The translations under genes were made by a program, and so were the position numbers. 64,000 bases of DNA from the NCBI GenBank assembly GCA_965277285.1, contig OZ255721.1:992001-1056000 (forward strand). The letters run 5' to 3'. The notes under the pieces were generated by a model. The model ran no database searches and was not told the origin of the DNA. It saw only the letters and a program-made list of their open reading frames with translations. Of this stretch, positions 1-10,060 are shown piece after piece; the first letter of the stretch is position 1, and every line of letters begins with the position of its first letter. This stretch comes from Abditibacteriaceae bacterium. GTDB taxonomy: Bacteria > Armatimonadota > Abditibacteriia > Abditibacteriales > Abditibacteriaceae.

Positions 1-117
1 AAAGTCGTGTATCGAGTACTCGATACGCGACTTTGTTACCTGGCTCAAACTCCATTCCCGACCCTTCATTATGAATGCATCATTCCGAGCATAGGGAAAG
101 TAGACAAAATACCACGA

Positions 118-171
118 AGCCGCCAGTCAGTCATTCTTCGCTGCTCTTCAGAGTGACTGACTGGCGGTTTC
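118..171. terminator. Stem-loop downstream of the flavoprotein gene, with a core related to repeat family B
   Basis: agccgccagtcagtcatt...agtgactgactggcggttt inverted repeat. Confidence 0.5.
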
Positions 172-213
172 GGGGTGTTGCGTTGTATTTAGCTGTATTT
201 AAGAGATAGCTTC

Positions 214-1884
214 TCAATAAACGTCGCGTCCGTAGCGGCCTTCGCGCGCCATTTTTGCGACGTAAGATTTGGCATCGGCTTCGTTCATGCCGCCATGTTC
301 ACGCGCGACTTCCTGTAAAGCCGCATCGACATCTTTGGCCATGCGACGCGCATCGCCGCAGACGTAAAAATGCGCGCCATCTTGCAGCCATTGCCACAAC
401 TCCGCGCCATGTTCTTTCATGCGATGCTGAACATAAATCTTCTCGGCCTGGTCGCGCGAAAACGCCGTGTCCAGTCGCGTCAACAAACCGCTGTTCGAGT
501 ACTCGAGCAGTTCATGCTGATATAAATAATCGCTTTCCTGGCGCTGATCGCCGAAAAACAGCCAGTTTTTGCCAGTCGCGTTTGTCGCCGCGCGTTCCTG
601 CAAAAAGGCGCGAAAAGGTGCGATTCCGGTTCCCGGCCCAACCATAATCATTGGCGTATTGCTATCGGCTGGCGGGCGAAAACCGTGTGAGGGCTGCACA
701 AAAACGCCGGCGCGCATTCCGGGACGCATTCGTTCCGACAAAAAGGTGGACGCGACGCCTTTGCGCACGCGCTCGCAGCCCGCACGCTCGTAGCGCACCA
801 CGCCAACTGTCAAATGCACTTGTTCGGGATGCGCCTTGAGCGACGACGCGATACTGTAAAGTCGCGGGCGCAACGGAGATAACGAAGAAATCAGTTCGCC
901 GATTTCACTGCGCGAAGTTGTGCGCACCGAGCCGCAATCGTCCAGCACATCCAAAATATCGCGGCCTTCGAGATAATTTTCCGTATCGTCCTGCGCCAGT
1001 TCCGCCAGCTTGCTCGATTCGGTCGGATCGCTCGCCAGGCGCGACATCGTTTGCAGGAATTCATCGTTGCAAGTGTTGATGACATAGGCTTTGCCAAGCG
1101 CAATTCGACACGGGACAATGGTGCCTTCAGGCGTTACAACAGGCTCTTCGCCGGTCGCTTCCAGGCGTTCCAAAAGCAGTTCAACCAGGTCGTGACAGTT
1201 TTCGGGATAAACGCCCAGAGCGTCGCCGACTTCATATTCCAGGCCGCTGCCGCGCAAATCGAGCGACACGAATTGCACATCTTTCGCCGAATCTTTGCGC
1301 GTGAGGGGCGCGACTTCCAAAACGGTGGCCGGAAATGGATTCGCCTTGTCATACGAGGGAATCACAATTTCTGCTTTGTCGTTCGCTGGAACAACCGCCG
1401 CTTGATTGCGCTCGACTTGCGCTGGTTGCAGCGCGGGAAGACTCGGTTCTCCTGCAGGCTTTTCGGCGACGAGTTGCTTCAACTTTTTCATCGTTTCGCC
1501 GCCGCCGGGCGTGCATTTTTTGAGGTCTTTATCGGCTCCGCTGGCGATCGCTTCAGCGTAGGTCTGACAAAGATAGCCGCAGGTTCCGCAATCGAGTTGC
1601 GCCATCGCCGCCATCAATTGACGCGGAAACGCTTTACCGTCGGCGAGTTGCATTCGTTCATCAATCGGCAAGTTCGGATCGTGCCACGGAAAATCTTCGT
1701 CTTCGGCAGGCGCTGCTTCGACCAATTGAGTACTCGATTGCGGCATCAGCGCGGACGAGTTCGCGTTATTTGCCGCGCCGTTCCCTGGCGCGTCAAGGCC
1801 GAGCAAACCAGCGAAAAAACCATTGAGCCAGGCGCGTTGATCATCGTTAAAGGGCGCGCTGGGCGGCAAGATGGGAATGGACAT
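214..1884 (-). CDS. Sulfite/nitrite reductase flavoprotein subunit (CysJ-like) with N-terminal FeS domain
   Basis: DCGTCGY..C..CTPGG FeS motif; PRLYSIASS, MVGPGTGIAPFR, YVCGDA and RY.RDVY FNR-family motifs; start set at MSIPILP. Confidence 0.88.
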   Translation of the reverse strand: MSIPILPPSAPFNDDQRAWLNGFFAGLLGLDAPGNGAANNANSSALMPQSSTQLVEAAPAEDEDFPWHDPNLPIDERMQLADGKAFPRQLMAAMAQLDCGTCGYLCQTYAEAIASGADKDLKKCTPGGGETMKKLKQLVAEKPAGEPSLPALQPAQVERNQAAVVPANDKAEIVIPSYDKANPFPATVLEVAPLTRKDSAKDVQFVSLDLRGSGLEYEVGDALGVYPENCHDLVELLLERLEATGEEPVVTPEGTIVPCRIALGKAYVINTCNDEFLQTMSRLASDPTESSKLAELAQDDTENYLEGRDILDVLDDCGSVRTTSRSEIGELISSLSPLRPRLYSIASSLKAHPEQVHLTVGVVRYERAGCERVRKGVASTFLSERMRPGMRAGVFVQPSHGFRPPADSNTPMIMVGPGTGIAPFRAFLQERAATNATGKNWLFFGDQRQESDYLYQHELLEYSNSGLLTRLDTAFSRDQAEKIYVQHRMKEHGAELWQWLQDGAHFYVCGDARRMAKDVDAALQEVAREHGGMNEADAKSYVAKMAREGRYGRDVY

Positions 1885-1897
1885 AAGAGATAAGAAC

Positions 1898-1969
1898 GTA
1901 GGGGTTTGGCGTGCCAAACCCTGTAAATGGAACTTGCTGTGACAAGGGCTTGGCACGCCAAGCCCCAAC
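1898..1969. repeat. GTAG-type REP pair (family C)
   Basis: gtaggggtttggcgtgccaaaccct ... aagggcttggcacgccaagccccaac. Confidence 0.7.
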
Positions 1970-1971
1970 AT

Positions 1972-3813
1972 TTAGATAATCGCCATCGCTTGCAGTTCTT
2001 CAGTAGAAAAGCGGCGGCACCACTCGAGAAACGTTTCGGTTTCGTGTTCGCGCGTTGCTTGATAATTTTCTAAGAGCGCACTGAGTACTCGATCGGCGTC
2101 GCTGGCTTTCATTTCGCGCAAAATTTCGCGCGCGATGCCCTGCTCGTCGCCGTAACCGCCGCCGACATACAAGTGATAACCTTCCACCATGTCGTCGCCT
2201 TCCTCGACTTTGGTGCCCAGCATTCCGATGTCGCCGATGTAATGCTGAGCGCACGAATTGGGACAACCCGTCAGGTGAATGTTGAGCGGCGTATCAATTT
2301 TCAGGCGCGCCTCGAGCGAATCGGCGATTTGCAGCGCGTGACCTTTGGTATTAGTGTTGGCGAACTTGCAGCCTTGATTTCCCGTGCAAGCCACCAACGC
2401 GCCGCGAATGCTGCTCGCTTCGGCCGCCAAACCCAATTGTTTAACAGCTTCGAGTACTCGATCCACATTTTCTTCGCGCACATCGGAAATCAACAGGTTT
2501 TGCCAAACGGTCAGGCGAATCGTGCCGCTGCCGTATTTGTCGGCGATGTCGGCCAGACCGACAGCTTGCTCGTTTTGAATGCGTCCCACAGGCAGCAGAA
2601 CGCCGATGTAGAACAAGCCGTCCTGGCGTTGCGCATGAACGCCCAGATGTCCATGTTTTTGCGTTTGCGGACGCGCTTCGCACTCTTCGAGAGGAAAACG
2701 TCCCATCGGGAAGGGCAGCAATTTCTGCGTTTCTTCCAGAAACTTTTCCACGCCCCAGCGGTCGAGAAGATATTTCAGGCGCGCTTTTTTGCGGTCGGTG
2801 CGGTCGCCGTGCGCGATGAAAACTTTCACCATCGCGCTGGCAACGGGAACGCATTCTTCCGGTTTCAACATTAGGCCGGTATCGCGCGCGAAGTCGCCGT
2901 GTCCCGTAATGCCGCCCAGTTGGACGCGAAAGTAAACGCCTTCGGGCAGCGACTTGCCATCGAGTACTCGAACCGCGAGAAAGCCGATGTCGTTGGTGTC
3001 GGCGACCGCGGAAATTGCGCCGCCGCCATCGAAAGCGATGTTGAATTTGCGGGGCAAGCCATACAATTCGCGGTGATGCAGAATGTGATAGTGCATTTCC
3101 GCCGTTAAAGGCCGCGTGTCGAACAATTCTTCGCGGTCGATGCCGGCTGTCGGCGCGCCCGTGATATTGCGCAAATTGTCGGCGCCTGCGCCACGCGTCA
3201 CGATGCCAGCGTCTTGCAAACCCATCAAAAGATCGGGCGCGTTGGCGACGGCGATTTCGCGGATTTGCAGGTTGGCGCGCGTCGTGACATCGGTGTAGCC
3301 GCCGCCATAAAGACGCGCCATTTCCGCGACTTTGCGCATCTGAAAAGATGTTAAAATGCCGCCGTGAAAGCGCATACGACACATAAAACTGTCTTGCGCA
3401 GGCGCCACGTAAAAAATCCCGTGCGTTTTGAAACGAAAAACGTCCAAACCTTTGGGATTCCTGTTTTCTTCCGCGTGCTGCACGATTTCGTCCCACGCAT
3501 CCAGCGGATTGGAGGCGCGTTTCATCGCTTCTTCAGGGCACAACTTGCCGCCTTCAGCTTCTGTGCGATTCCACGCTTCAAAATGAATCGCGTCTGGGCC
3601 GACGGGAACGTTTACGGGAACGTTTTGAGTACTCGATGAAACGTTTTGCGCAGTTTGTGACAGGCCCAACGCAGACGCGAAAGTTGGCAGGTTGCGCGAC
3701 GAACGCGCCAGGTCGGTGCCGCTGACAAAGCCTTGCAGGAAGTTTTTTTGTTCGTCGGAAAAGCCGTTGTTTTGCAGCGCGCCGTTATTCGATTGGTCGA
3801 GAGTGGAAGTCAT
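1972..3813 (-). CDS. nirA: NirA-family ferredoxin-nitrite reductase (siroheme/4Fe-4S)
   Basis: TTRANLQ, LPRKFNIA, ACTGNQGC and TGCPNSC siroheme-FeS motifs. Confidence 0.9.
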   Translation of the reverse strand: MTSTLDQSNNGALQNNGFSDEQKNFLQGFVSGTDLARSSRNLPTFASALGLSQTAQNVSSSTQNVPVNVPVGPDAIHFEAWNRTEAEGGKLCPEEAMKRASNPLDAWDEIVQHAEENRNPKGLDVFRFKTHGIFYVAPAQDSFMCRMRFHGGILTSFQMRKVAEMARLYGGGYTDVTTRANLQIREIAVANAPDLLMGLQDAGIVTRGAGADNLRNITGAPTAGIDREELFDTRPLTAEMHYHILHHRELYGLPRKFNIAFDGGGAISAVADTNDIGFLAVRVLDGKSLPEGVYFRVQLGGITGHGDFARDTGLMLKPEECVPVASAMVKVFIAHGDRTDRKKARLKYLLDRWGVEKFLEETQKLLPFPMGRFPLEECEARPQTQKHGHLGVHAQRQDGLFYIGVLLPVGRIQNEQAVGLADIADKYGSGTIRLTVWQNLLISDVREENVDRVLEAVKQLGLAAEASSIRGALVACTGNQGCKFANTNTKGHALQIADSLEARLKIDTPLNIHLTGCPNSCAQHYIGDIGMLGTKVEEGDDMVEGYHLYVGGGYGDEQGIAREILREMKASDADRVLSALLENYQATREHETETFLEWCRRFSTEELQAMAII

Positions 3814-3990
3814 AGTTATCACTTGGAAAATCGCGTAGATTTAGGGTGCGATAACTTTAGAATGACAGTTGAATGTTACGTTGTCCCGCGCGGCTTCATT
3901 TATTTCGCGTTAACTTTTTGTTTCACGCAAGTTAACGCAGTCAAAGTTCATGGCACGTTTCAGGCGCGAAACGTGGAAAGTAAAAGTGTT

Positions 3991-5139
3991 ATGTCGAATG
4001 TTTCTTTCAGGCCGCGAAAATGGTGGATAGAATGGTTGGAGCCGCGTCGCTTCGAGCCGGAAGTCGAAACACTTTATCGCACGCGGCGCAACGAGGCAGC
4101 GCTTCCCGTGTCGCGCGCCTTGCTTTTGCTGGCGTCGCTGGGCGTTTTGCTGTTTAGCGCGTGGGATTACGAAATCGATCCAACGATTGTGCCGCGCACG
4201 CTGCCGGTTCGATTTTTGTGCAGCGCGATGAGCCTGGTTTTGTGGGTGGCGATTCCTTTACCGTCGTTTCGCAAGCGATTGAGTTGGGTTTTCTCGATCA
4301 ACGCGCTGGCCGCGACGCTGACCATCGCGTGGGTTCTCGTTGTCGTGCCAGACGGGTTTTTGTGGGGCTTGTCCGGCTTCTTTTATGTGCCGCTTTCGCT
4401 ACTCGTGCTGCCCAAGTTCCGCGTTGTCGCCCTGACTTGCGCACTTTCGCTGGTCATCGTGAACGTCGTCATGTACTTCGACGAGGCCACGTACCGCGTC
4501 ATCTTTAACGCGAATTTTTTTCTGGGATTTATGTGCTTGATGAGTGGCGTGCTGGCGTTTTTGAACGAAGTGCGCGACCGCCGCGTTTTTCAACTGGAAC
4601 AAGAACTCGAACATCTGGCCAACTGCGACAGCTTGAGCGGCGCGTTCAATCGGCGTTATTTCGAGGAAACGGCGCGCGCTGAAATCGAACGCGCACGTCG
4701 CTACAATCATCCTCTTTCACTGTTGATGATGGACGCCGATCACTTCAAGCGCATTAATGACACGCATGGCCATGCGGTTGGCGACAGGGCGATTCGCGCG
4801 ATTGTCGAAAGCAGCCAGGGCGTTTTTCGCACGAGCGACTTGCTGGCGCGCATGGGCGGCGAAGAGTTCGCGGTTCTGCTGCCGGAAACGGACAGCGACG
4901 CCGCGCAGCAAATTGCCGAACGTGTGCAAGAAAAACTGCGGCGCCTCGAAATTTCAACTTCTACTGGAACAACCCAAACTCCCAATTTTCTCACGCTGAC
5001 AATTAGTATTGGCGTCGCTTCGCTGCACATCAGCGATACCATCGAAACATTGCTGCAACGCGCCGATGTCGCACTTTACGAAGCCAAACATCAAGGCCGC
5101 AACCGCGTTGTCATTCGCGCTTTTCAAGAATTAACGTGA
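3991..5139 (+). CDS. Membrane-bound diguanylate cyclase
   Basis: Several TM helices, then DADHFKRINDTHGHAVGD and RMGGEEF. Confidence 0.9.
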   Translation: MSNVSFRPRKWWIEWLEPRRFEPEVETLYRTRRNEAALPVSRALLLLASLGVLLFSAWDYEIDPTIVPRTLPVRFLCSAMSLVLWVAIPLPSFRKRLSWVFSINALAATLTIAWVLVVVPDGFLWGLSGFFYVPLSLLVLPKFRVVALTCALSLVIVNVVMYFDEATYRVIFNANFFLGFMCLMSGVLAFLNEVRDRRVFQLEQELEHLANCDSLSGAFNRRYFEETARAEIERARRYNHPLSLLMMDADHFKRINDTHGHAVGDRAIRAIVESSQGVFRTSDLLARMGGEEFAVLLPETDSDAAQQIAERVQEKLRRLEISTSTGTTQTPNFLTLTISIGVASLHISDTIETLLQRADVALYEAKHQGRNRVVIRAFQELT

Positions 5140-5144
5140 ATCAT

Positions 5145-5211
5145 AGAACACGGAGGCTTTGCCTACACGGATTGATCTGTTCAATCCGTGTAGGCGAAGC
5201 CTCCGTGTTCT
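5145..5211. terminator. Long stem-loop between convergent genes
   Basis: agaacacggaggctttgcctacacggattga ... tcaatccgtgtaggcgaagcctccgtgttct. Confidence 0.65.
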
Positions 5212-5250
5212 CTAAATCATCTGACTTCCTATCGTTTTGAGTACTCGATT

Positions 5251-6396
5251 TCAGGCTGGCATTTGCAAACATCCGACATCGATAATCGCGGTTCCAGGCG
5301 CATCAGAAGCGATGTGAATTTCAATCTGCGAACCGGCGATAATTGGTTCGACAATCGCCATCGGAATATAAACAGTCGCATTGGGCGCGACCGGAATCAG
5401 GCGGTGCAGATCGCCATTGACGACGGTGGAAAGGCAAACCATGCTGGGGCATTGAACGCCCGCGCGCAGGTAGCGAATGCCAGCGATGCAATGCGGCGGC
5501 ACGGTGTACGAAAGTTTGTGCGATAGAAGTTGCGGATTGCGCAAACCGGTCGCTTCAAAGTCGAAAACGCCTTGCAATAAAATTGGCTTGCCGATGCCGA
5601 CGCCGACCAGATCGGGACGTTTTTCGTCTTTCGCCATGTTCAATCTCCCCAGCCAAAACTCGCGCTGACGCTCTTTTTCGCGCGTCGTGACGCGACCTGT
5701 GCGCGCCGTCAAACCTGCCAGAGCCGTGTTCGTCGCGCCATGTTCCATCGCGTCTTCGTCGTTGAAGAAAGCGCGCATTTTCGTCAGAGCGCCCGCCAAA
5801 CGGTTGCGCACAGCCGAACGCGAAATGCCGCATTCCGCCGCGACTTCCTGCTCGGTTTTGCCCAAAACGCAACAACTCCACACGGCTTGGCGCTGCGCAT
5901 CAGTCAAGGTCGCCAGCGCCGCGCGCAAACTGATCGCTTGCTCCAGATGCGCCGTCAGGTCGCTCGCCTCGCCGTTTTCGGTGCGATTCGAGTACTCGAT
6001 TTCACTGTCTTCGCCGTCGTTGTCCAGCCCCAATTGCGACCACGGCGTTTCGTAACGGTTTTGCGAACGCAGCCAGGCGCGCCCGTCCCAATCGATCATG
6101 CGACTGATATAAAGCGCGAAATAAACGCCGCGCGACGCTTGAAAACCTTGCAACCGCGTCAGAAAAGACAGGCGAACCTGCGCGTAAACGTCGTCCCATT
6201 CAACGCCCGTCAAGCGCGATTGCAAAATCACCCACAACTTTTGCACGCGCGAGCGCAGCAACGGCTCAAACTGCGAAAGCAGCCTTTCAAGCGCCGCCTG
6301 ATCGCCCTTTTGAGCGCGTGCCACCATCGCCTCGATGCTGTCCTCAGCGGGAAAACAGCGAGCGAAATCGCGTTCTGCTTCAACAATGGCGGACAT
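5251..6396 (-). CDS. Sigma-70 (ECF-like) factor with C-terminal fused domain of about 128 aa
   Basis: AQKGDQAALERLL, region 2 DDVYAQVRLSFL, region 4 HTH LTDAQRQAV..TEQEVAAECGISRSAVRNRL. Confidence 0.8.
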   Translation of the reverse strand: MSAIVEAERDFARCFPAEDSIEAMVARAQKGDQAALERLLSQFEPLLRSRVQKLWVILQSRLTGVEWDDVYAQVRLSFLTRLQGFQASRGVYFALYISRMIDWDGRAWLRSQNRYETPWSQLGLDNDGEDSEIEYSNRTENGEASDLTAHLEQAISLRAALATLTDAQRQAVWSCCVLGKTEQEVAAECGISRSAVRNRLAGALTKMRAFFNDEDAMEHGATNTALAGLTARTGRVTTREKERQREFWLGRLNMAKDEKRPDLVGVGIGKPILLQGVFDFEATGLRNPQLLSHKLSYTVPPHCIAGIRYLRAGVQCPSMVCLSTVVNGDLHRLIPVAPNATVYIPMAIVEPIIAGSQIEIHIASDAPGTAIIDVGCLQMPA

Positions 6397-6573
6397 GAAG
6401 TCACCTCGCTTTCAACAAAGCGGAAGTGTAAGCCTGGCACAACGCGCCGCCGTTTCCATCGTGTTAATTTTGGATTTCGCGTCCCAACACCGAAACTGCG
6501 CCGAAGACGCTACACTAAAAATAAGATAAAAGAACGACTTCGAGTACTCGAATCGAGAGAAAGGACAACAACG

Positions 6574-8424
6574 ATGGCGATTATTAGCGCGACCAATTTG
6601 CGCTTGAGTTTTGGTAACGCACCGGTTTTAGATGGTGTGCAATTTCAAATTGAAGCGGGCGAGCGCGTCTCGTTAGTCGGCAGAAACGGCGAAGGCAAAA
6701 GCTCTTTGCTGAAGATTCTCAGCGGCGAAATCAAGCCCGACGGCGGAGAAATCGTGCTGCAAAAAGGCGCCAAAGTTTCGACGCTGGCGCAGGAAGTTCC
6801 CAACAATATCACGGGCCGCGTGCGCGATGTCGTCGCTGCATCCGGCGAAAACCTCGCGCATGAAATTCACGATCACGAAATCGACGCCGTTCTCCATCGC
6901 TTGAACATTGACGACGAAGCCGAATTCGGAACGCTCAGCGGCGGCTTGAAACGTCGCGTTTTACTGGCGCGCGCCCTGGTTTCCGAACCCGATTTGCTGC
7001 TGCTGGACGAACCGACGAACCACTTGGACATCGACTCGATTTTGTGGATGGAAGAGTTTCTTTTGCGCGCGGGTTGCGCCCTGCTCTTCGTGACACACGA
7101 CCGCCAATTCCTGCAAAGATTGGCAACGCGCATCGTTGAAATCGACCGAGGCAAAATCTCGTCCTGGTCGTGCGATTACGCCACTTATCTCGAGCGCAAA
7201 GCCGCGCTCTTGGAAAGCGAAGCGCATCAAAACGCTTTGTTCGACAAAAAACTGGCGCAGGAAGAAGTGTGGGTTCGCAAAGGCGTCAAGGCGCGCACCA
7301 CGCGCAACGAAGGCCGCGTCCGCGAACTGAAACGTTTGCGCGATGAACGCCAACAACGCCGCGAAATCAGTGGGCCGGTGCGCATCGAAACCCAGCAAAC
7401 CGAACGTTCCGGCCACAAAGTTATCGAAGCCAAAAACGCCAGTTACGCTTATCCACCAGTCGACATCAAGTACTCGAAAGCGGCTGACGAGCAAGCTCAA
7501 TCGCCGATTATCCGCGATTTTTCGACCTTGATTATGCGCGGCGATAAAGTCGGCATCATCGGGCCAAACGGTGCCGGAAAAACGACGCTGTTGCGCCTGA
7601 TGTTGGGACAACTCGCGCCAAACAGCGGCGAAATCAAGCTGGGAACGCGCCTGCAAATCGCTTATTTCGACCAACTTCGCGCGCAACTCGACAACGACAA
7701 ATCGGTGCAGCAAAACGTGGCGGGCGAAAACGACACGGTTTTGGTCAACGGCGAGCGGCGCCACATCGTCGGCTATTTGCAGGAATGGCTGTTTTCTTCG
7801 GAACGCGCGCGCACCAAAGCCAGCGTTCTCAGCGGCGGCGAGCGCAATCGCTTGCTGCTGGCGAAACTTTTTACGCAGCCGTCCAACGTTCTGGTGATGG
7901 ACGAACCGACCAACGATCTGGACATCGAAACGCTCGATTTGCTGGAAGATGTTCTGGTCAATTACGCGGGAACGTTGCTTGTCGTCAGCCACGACCGCGA
8001 CTTTTTGAACAACGTGGCGACCAGCATCATCGCACCGTTGGAAGCCGGACGTTGGCGCGAAACCATCGGCGGCTACGACGATTGGCTGCGTCAAAGTCAA
8101 GCTGAACAAAAGGCCGAAGCCGCGCTCGCAAATCCGCCCAAAATTGCGAAAAACTCATTACGCGAAACGCCGCAAAATGGTTCGCGCCCGCGCAAAATGA
8201 GCTTCAAGGAAACGCGCGAACTGGAAGAAATGCCATCGCGCATCGAACAATTGGAAGCCGAACACGAGCGTTTAGTCGAAGTGTTGGCAAACCCCGAACT
8301 TTACAAGAACGATCCGCAAAAAGCCGCGCAATCGAGTACTCGATTAGCGCAAATCGAAGCCGAAATGACGACGGCGTTCGCGCGCTGGGAAGCATTGGAA
8401 GCGATGCAGAAAAGCACGATTTGA
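6574..8424 (+). CDS. uup: ABC-F family ATPase Uup
   Basis: Two ABC domains (GRNGEGKS/LSGG/LLLDEPTNHLD; GPNGAGKT/DEPTNDLD), KARTTRNEGRVR linker, C-terminal coiled coil. Confidence 0.9.
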   Translation: MAIISATNLRLSFGNAPVLDGVQFQIEAGERVSLVGRNGEGKSSLLKILSGEIKPDGGEIVLQKGAKVSTLAQEVPNNITGRVRDVVAASGENLAHEIHDHEIDAVLHRLNIDDEAEFGTLSGGLKRRVLLARALVSEPDLLLLDEPTNHLDIDSILWMEEFLLRAGCALLFVTHDRQFLQRLATRIVEIDRGKISSWSCDYATYLERKAALLESEAHQNALFDKKLAQEEVWVRKGVKARTTRNEGRVRELKRLRDERQQRREISGPVRIETQQTERSGHKVIEAKNASYAYPPVDIKYSKAADEQAQSPIIRDFSTLIMRGDKVGIIGPNGAGKTTLLRLMLGQLAPNSGEIKLGTRLQIAYFDQLRAQLDNDKSVQQNVAGENDTVLVNGERRHIVGYLQEWLFSSERARTKASVLSGGERNRLLLAKLFTQPSNVLVMDEPTNDLDIETLDLLEDVLVNYAGTLLVVSHDRDFLNNVATSIIAPLEAGRWRETIGGYDDWLRQSQAEQKAEAALANPPKIAKNSLRETPQNGSRPRKMSFKETRELEEMPSRIEQLEAEHERLVEVLANPELYKNDPQKAAQSSTRLAQIEAEMTTAFARWEALEAMQKSTI

Positions 8425-8431
8425 AAGTGTC

Positions 8432-8965
8432 TCAGCGTTCTGTTGCCTGCCTGTCAATGAACCGTGCGACTTCAATGAACCGTGCGACTTGCGTAATCGC
8501 TTCTTCTCCGTTGATGTTGGCGAACCAGTAGCCACTCGACCAAATGTGTTCTTGTCCTTTGCGTTGCGGGACACGCAAAAGGTACGAAGCCAGTTTGCTT
8601 TTGAGACGCCCGATGGCTTGTCCATGTGTCGGCGGCGCTGGAGCTAAAAGAAGTTGTACGCAGGTTGTATTCACGGCGTAGCAAATTACTGGCAAGCCAC
8701 CGACAATTCTATCGTGATCTGGTGCAATCAAATCGGACAAGTAATCGGCAGTTTCCTTTGCTTCGTTGAGCGAAAGCGAAATGATTTCCTTAGGCGTTAA
8801 TGTCGAAGACGCGCCTCTGAACAGAGGTTTGGACAGTTCATCATAAAAACCCTTTTGCGCCAGTTGCTCATATAAATCGCCCAAAGACGACCAATTCCCT
8901 TTTGCCTCGTGCGGCTGTGGGTAATGATACGTCGTCCAAATGATATGCAGCCCATCGAAAGCCAT
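8432..8965 (-). mobile_element. Degenerate Y1/RAYT (IS200-like, REP-associated tyrosine transposase) homologue
   Basis: HIIWTTY, CYAVNTTCVQLLL (HUH position), IGRLKSKLAS, IWSSGYW..I.GEEAITQVARFI follow the Y1 transposase layout by eye. Confidence 0.55.
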
Positions 8966-8992
8966 AGCCTACGATTTTAACAACAACGTTTT

Positions 8993-9775
8993 TCAACGCG
9001 CCACGACGACCACATAAAACGGCGCATCCAAATCCATTATTTTGATTAGGTGAAAGCCGACGCTCTGGGCTTCGCGCTGCACGATTTCGCGCGCCAGGCG
9101 ATGATCGTCGGTTGCGGGATTGTTTTCTGGTTTCTCGCCCAGGTGACGTTCGATCAAGCCAGTTTTGGCGTAGGCTTGCTGCGCATCGCGTCGCAGTTCG
9201 GGATCGTCGCGCTCGATGAAGGCCAAACGTGCGCCAGGTTTCATCGCCGCGCGAATGTGGCGCAACATCGCCAAAGGTTTCTCGAACTCGTGATACGCGT
9301 TCAGAATTAGCACTGAATCAAGCGCGTGCGCAGGGAGATTTGTATTATCGGTTGTGCCTAAAATCGTGCGCACGTTGTGCAAACCTTCACGTTTGGCGCG
9401 CGCCGCAATAAAATTGGTGTATTGCGGCAAAATCTCTTCAGCGAACACGACGCCTCTTGGCGCAACACGACGCGCGGCGCGAATTGTGAACCAGCCGCCG
9501 CCCGCGCCAATATCGGCAACGCGCGAGCCATTTTTCATGCGCAATAAATCCATCACGGTTTGGATGTGCAGCGTCCGGTCGCGATTGGGATATTCAAACT
9601 CCAGCGGCGAACCCGTCCACGGCTCGGCTGTCGGGCGCGCCGTGCCATCGGACTTGATTTGCGCGTTTCGCGGGGCTTGGATTTGTGCTCGCAGCGGCAT
9701 CGAACGAAACGAAATAGTTGTCAAACCCAGCAAGAAAGTAGCGCCGGCAACAGCGAAAAAACGGTGCAATTTCAT
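8993..9775 (-). CDS. Secreted class I SAM-dependent methyltransferase
   Basis: Signal peptide; VADIGAGGGWFT; ILNAYHE; MKPGARL. Confidence 0.85.
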   Translation of the reverse strand: MKLHRFFAVAGATFLLGLTTISFRSMPLRAQIQAPRNAQIKSDGTARPTAEPWTGSPLEFEYPNRDRTLHIQTVMDLLRMKNGSRVADIGAGGGWFTIRAARRVAPRGVVFAEEILPQYTNFIAARAKREGLHNVRTILGTTDNTNLPAHALDSVLILNAYHEFEKPLAMLRHIRAAMKPGARLAFIERDDPELRRDAQQAYAKTGLIERHLGEKPENNPATDDHRLAREIVQREAQSVGFHLIKIMDLDAPFYVVVVAR

Positions 9776-9927
9776 CGAAAGTTTCTCCAACGTGAACTGC
9801 GTTTAACGGCGAATTCTAACGTCTGTGGTTCCCTCGCAAAACACAAAAGAAAAGCCGCACTTCAATGTCGAAGCGCGGCTTATCGAGTACTCGATTTGTT
9901 CCTTTGGTAAAGGTTCAAAGAAGTAAA

Positions 9928-10060
9928 CAGCGAACCCGAAGCGTCAGCGAGGGAGAGTATGAATTACAAATTACTCGCTGTTTGTGAACATTGCGACGGT
10001 TGCGGGTGAGCAAGGGAGATTTGTAATTCATAATCTTCCTCGCTGACGCTTCGGGTTCGC
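9928..10060. repeat. REPIN-like inverted pair, family A
   Basis: cagcgaacccgaagcgtcagcgaggga ... ttcctcgctgacgcttcgggttcgc. Confidence 0.85.

Noticed and set aside
3875..3940. GlnR- or NtcA-like box upstream of nirA
   Set aside because: GTTAC/GTAAC half-sites are present but their spacing does not match a consensus I can support
3733..3990. N-terminal extension of the GGDEF ORF
   Set aside because: Overlaps the nirA start and the divergent promoter region
5740..6573. N-terminal 278 aa of the 894-aa ORF
   Set aside because: Antisense to the sigma gene; ABC-F similarity starts at ATG 6574
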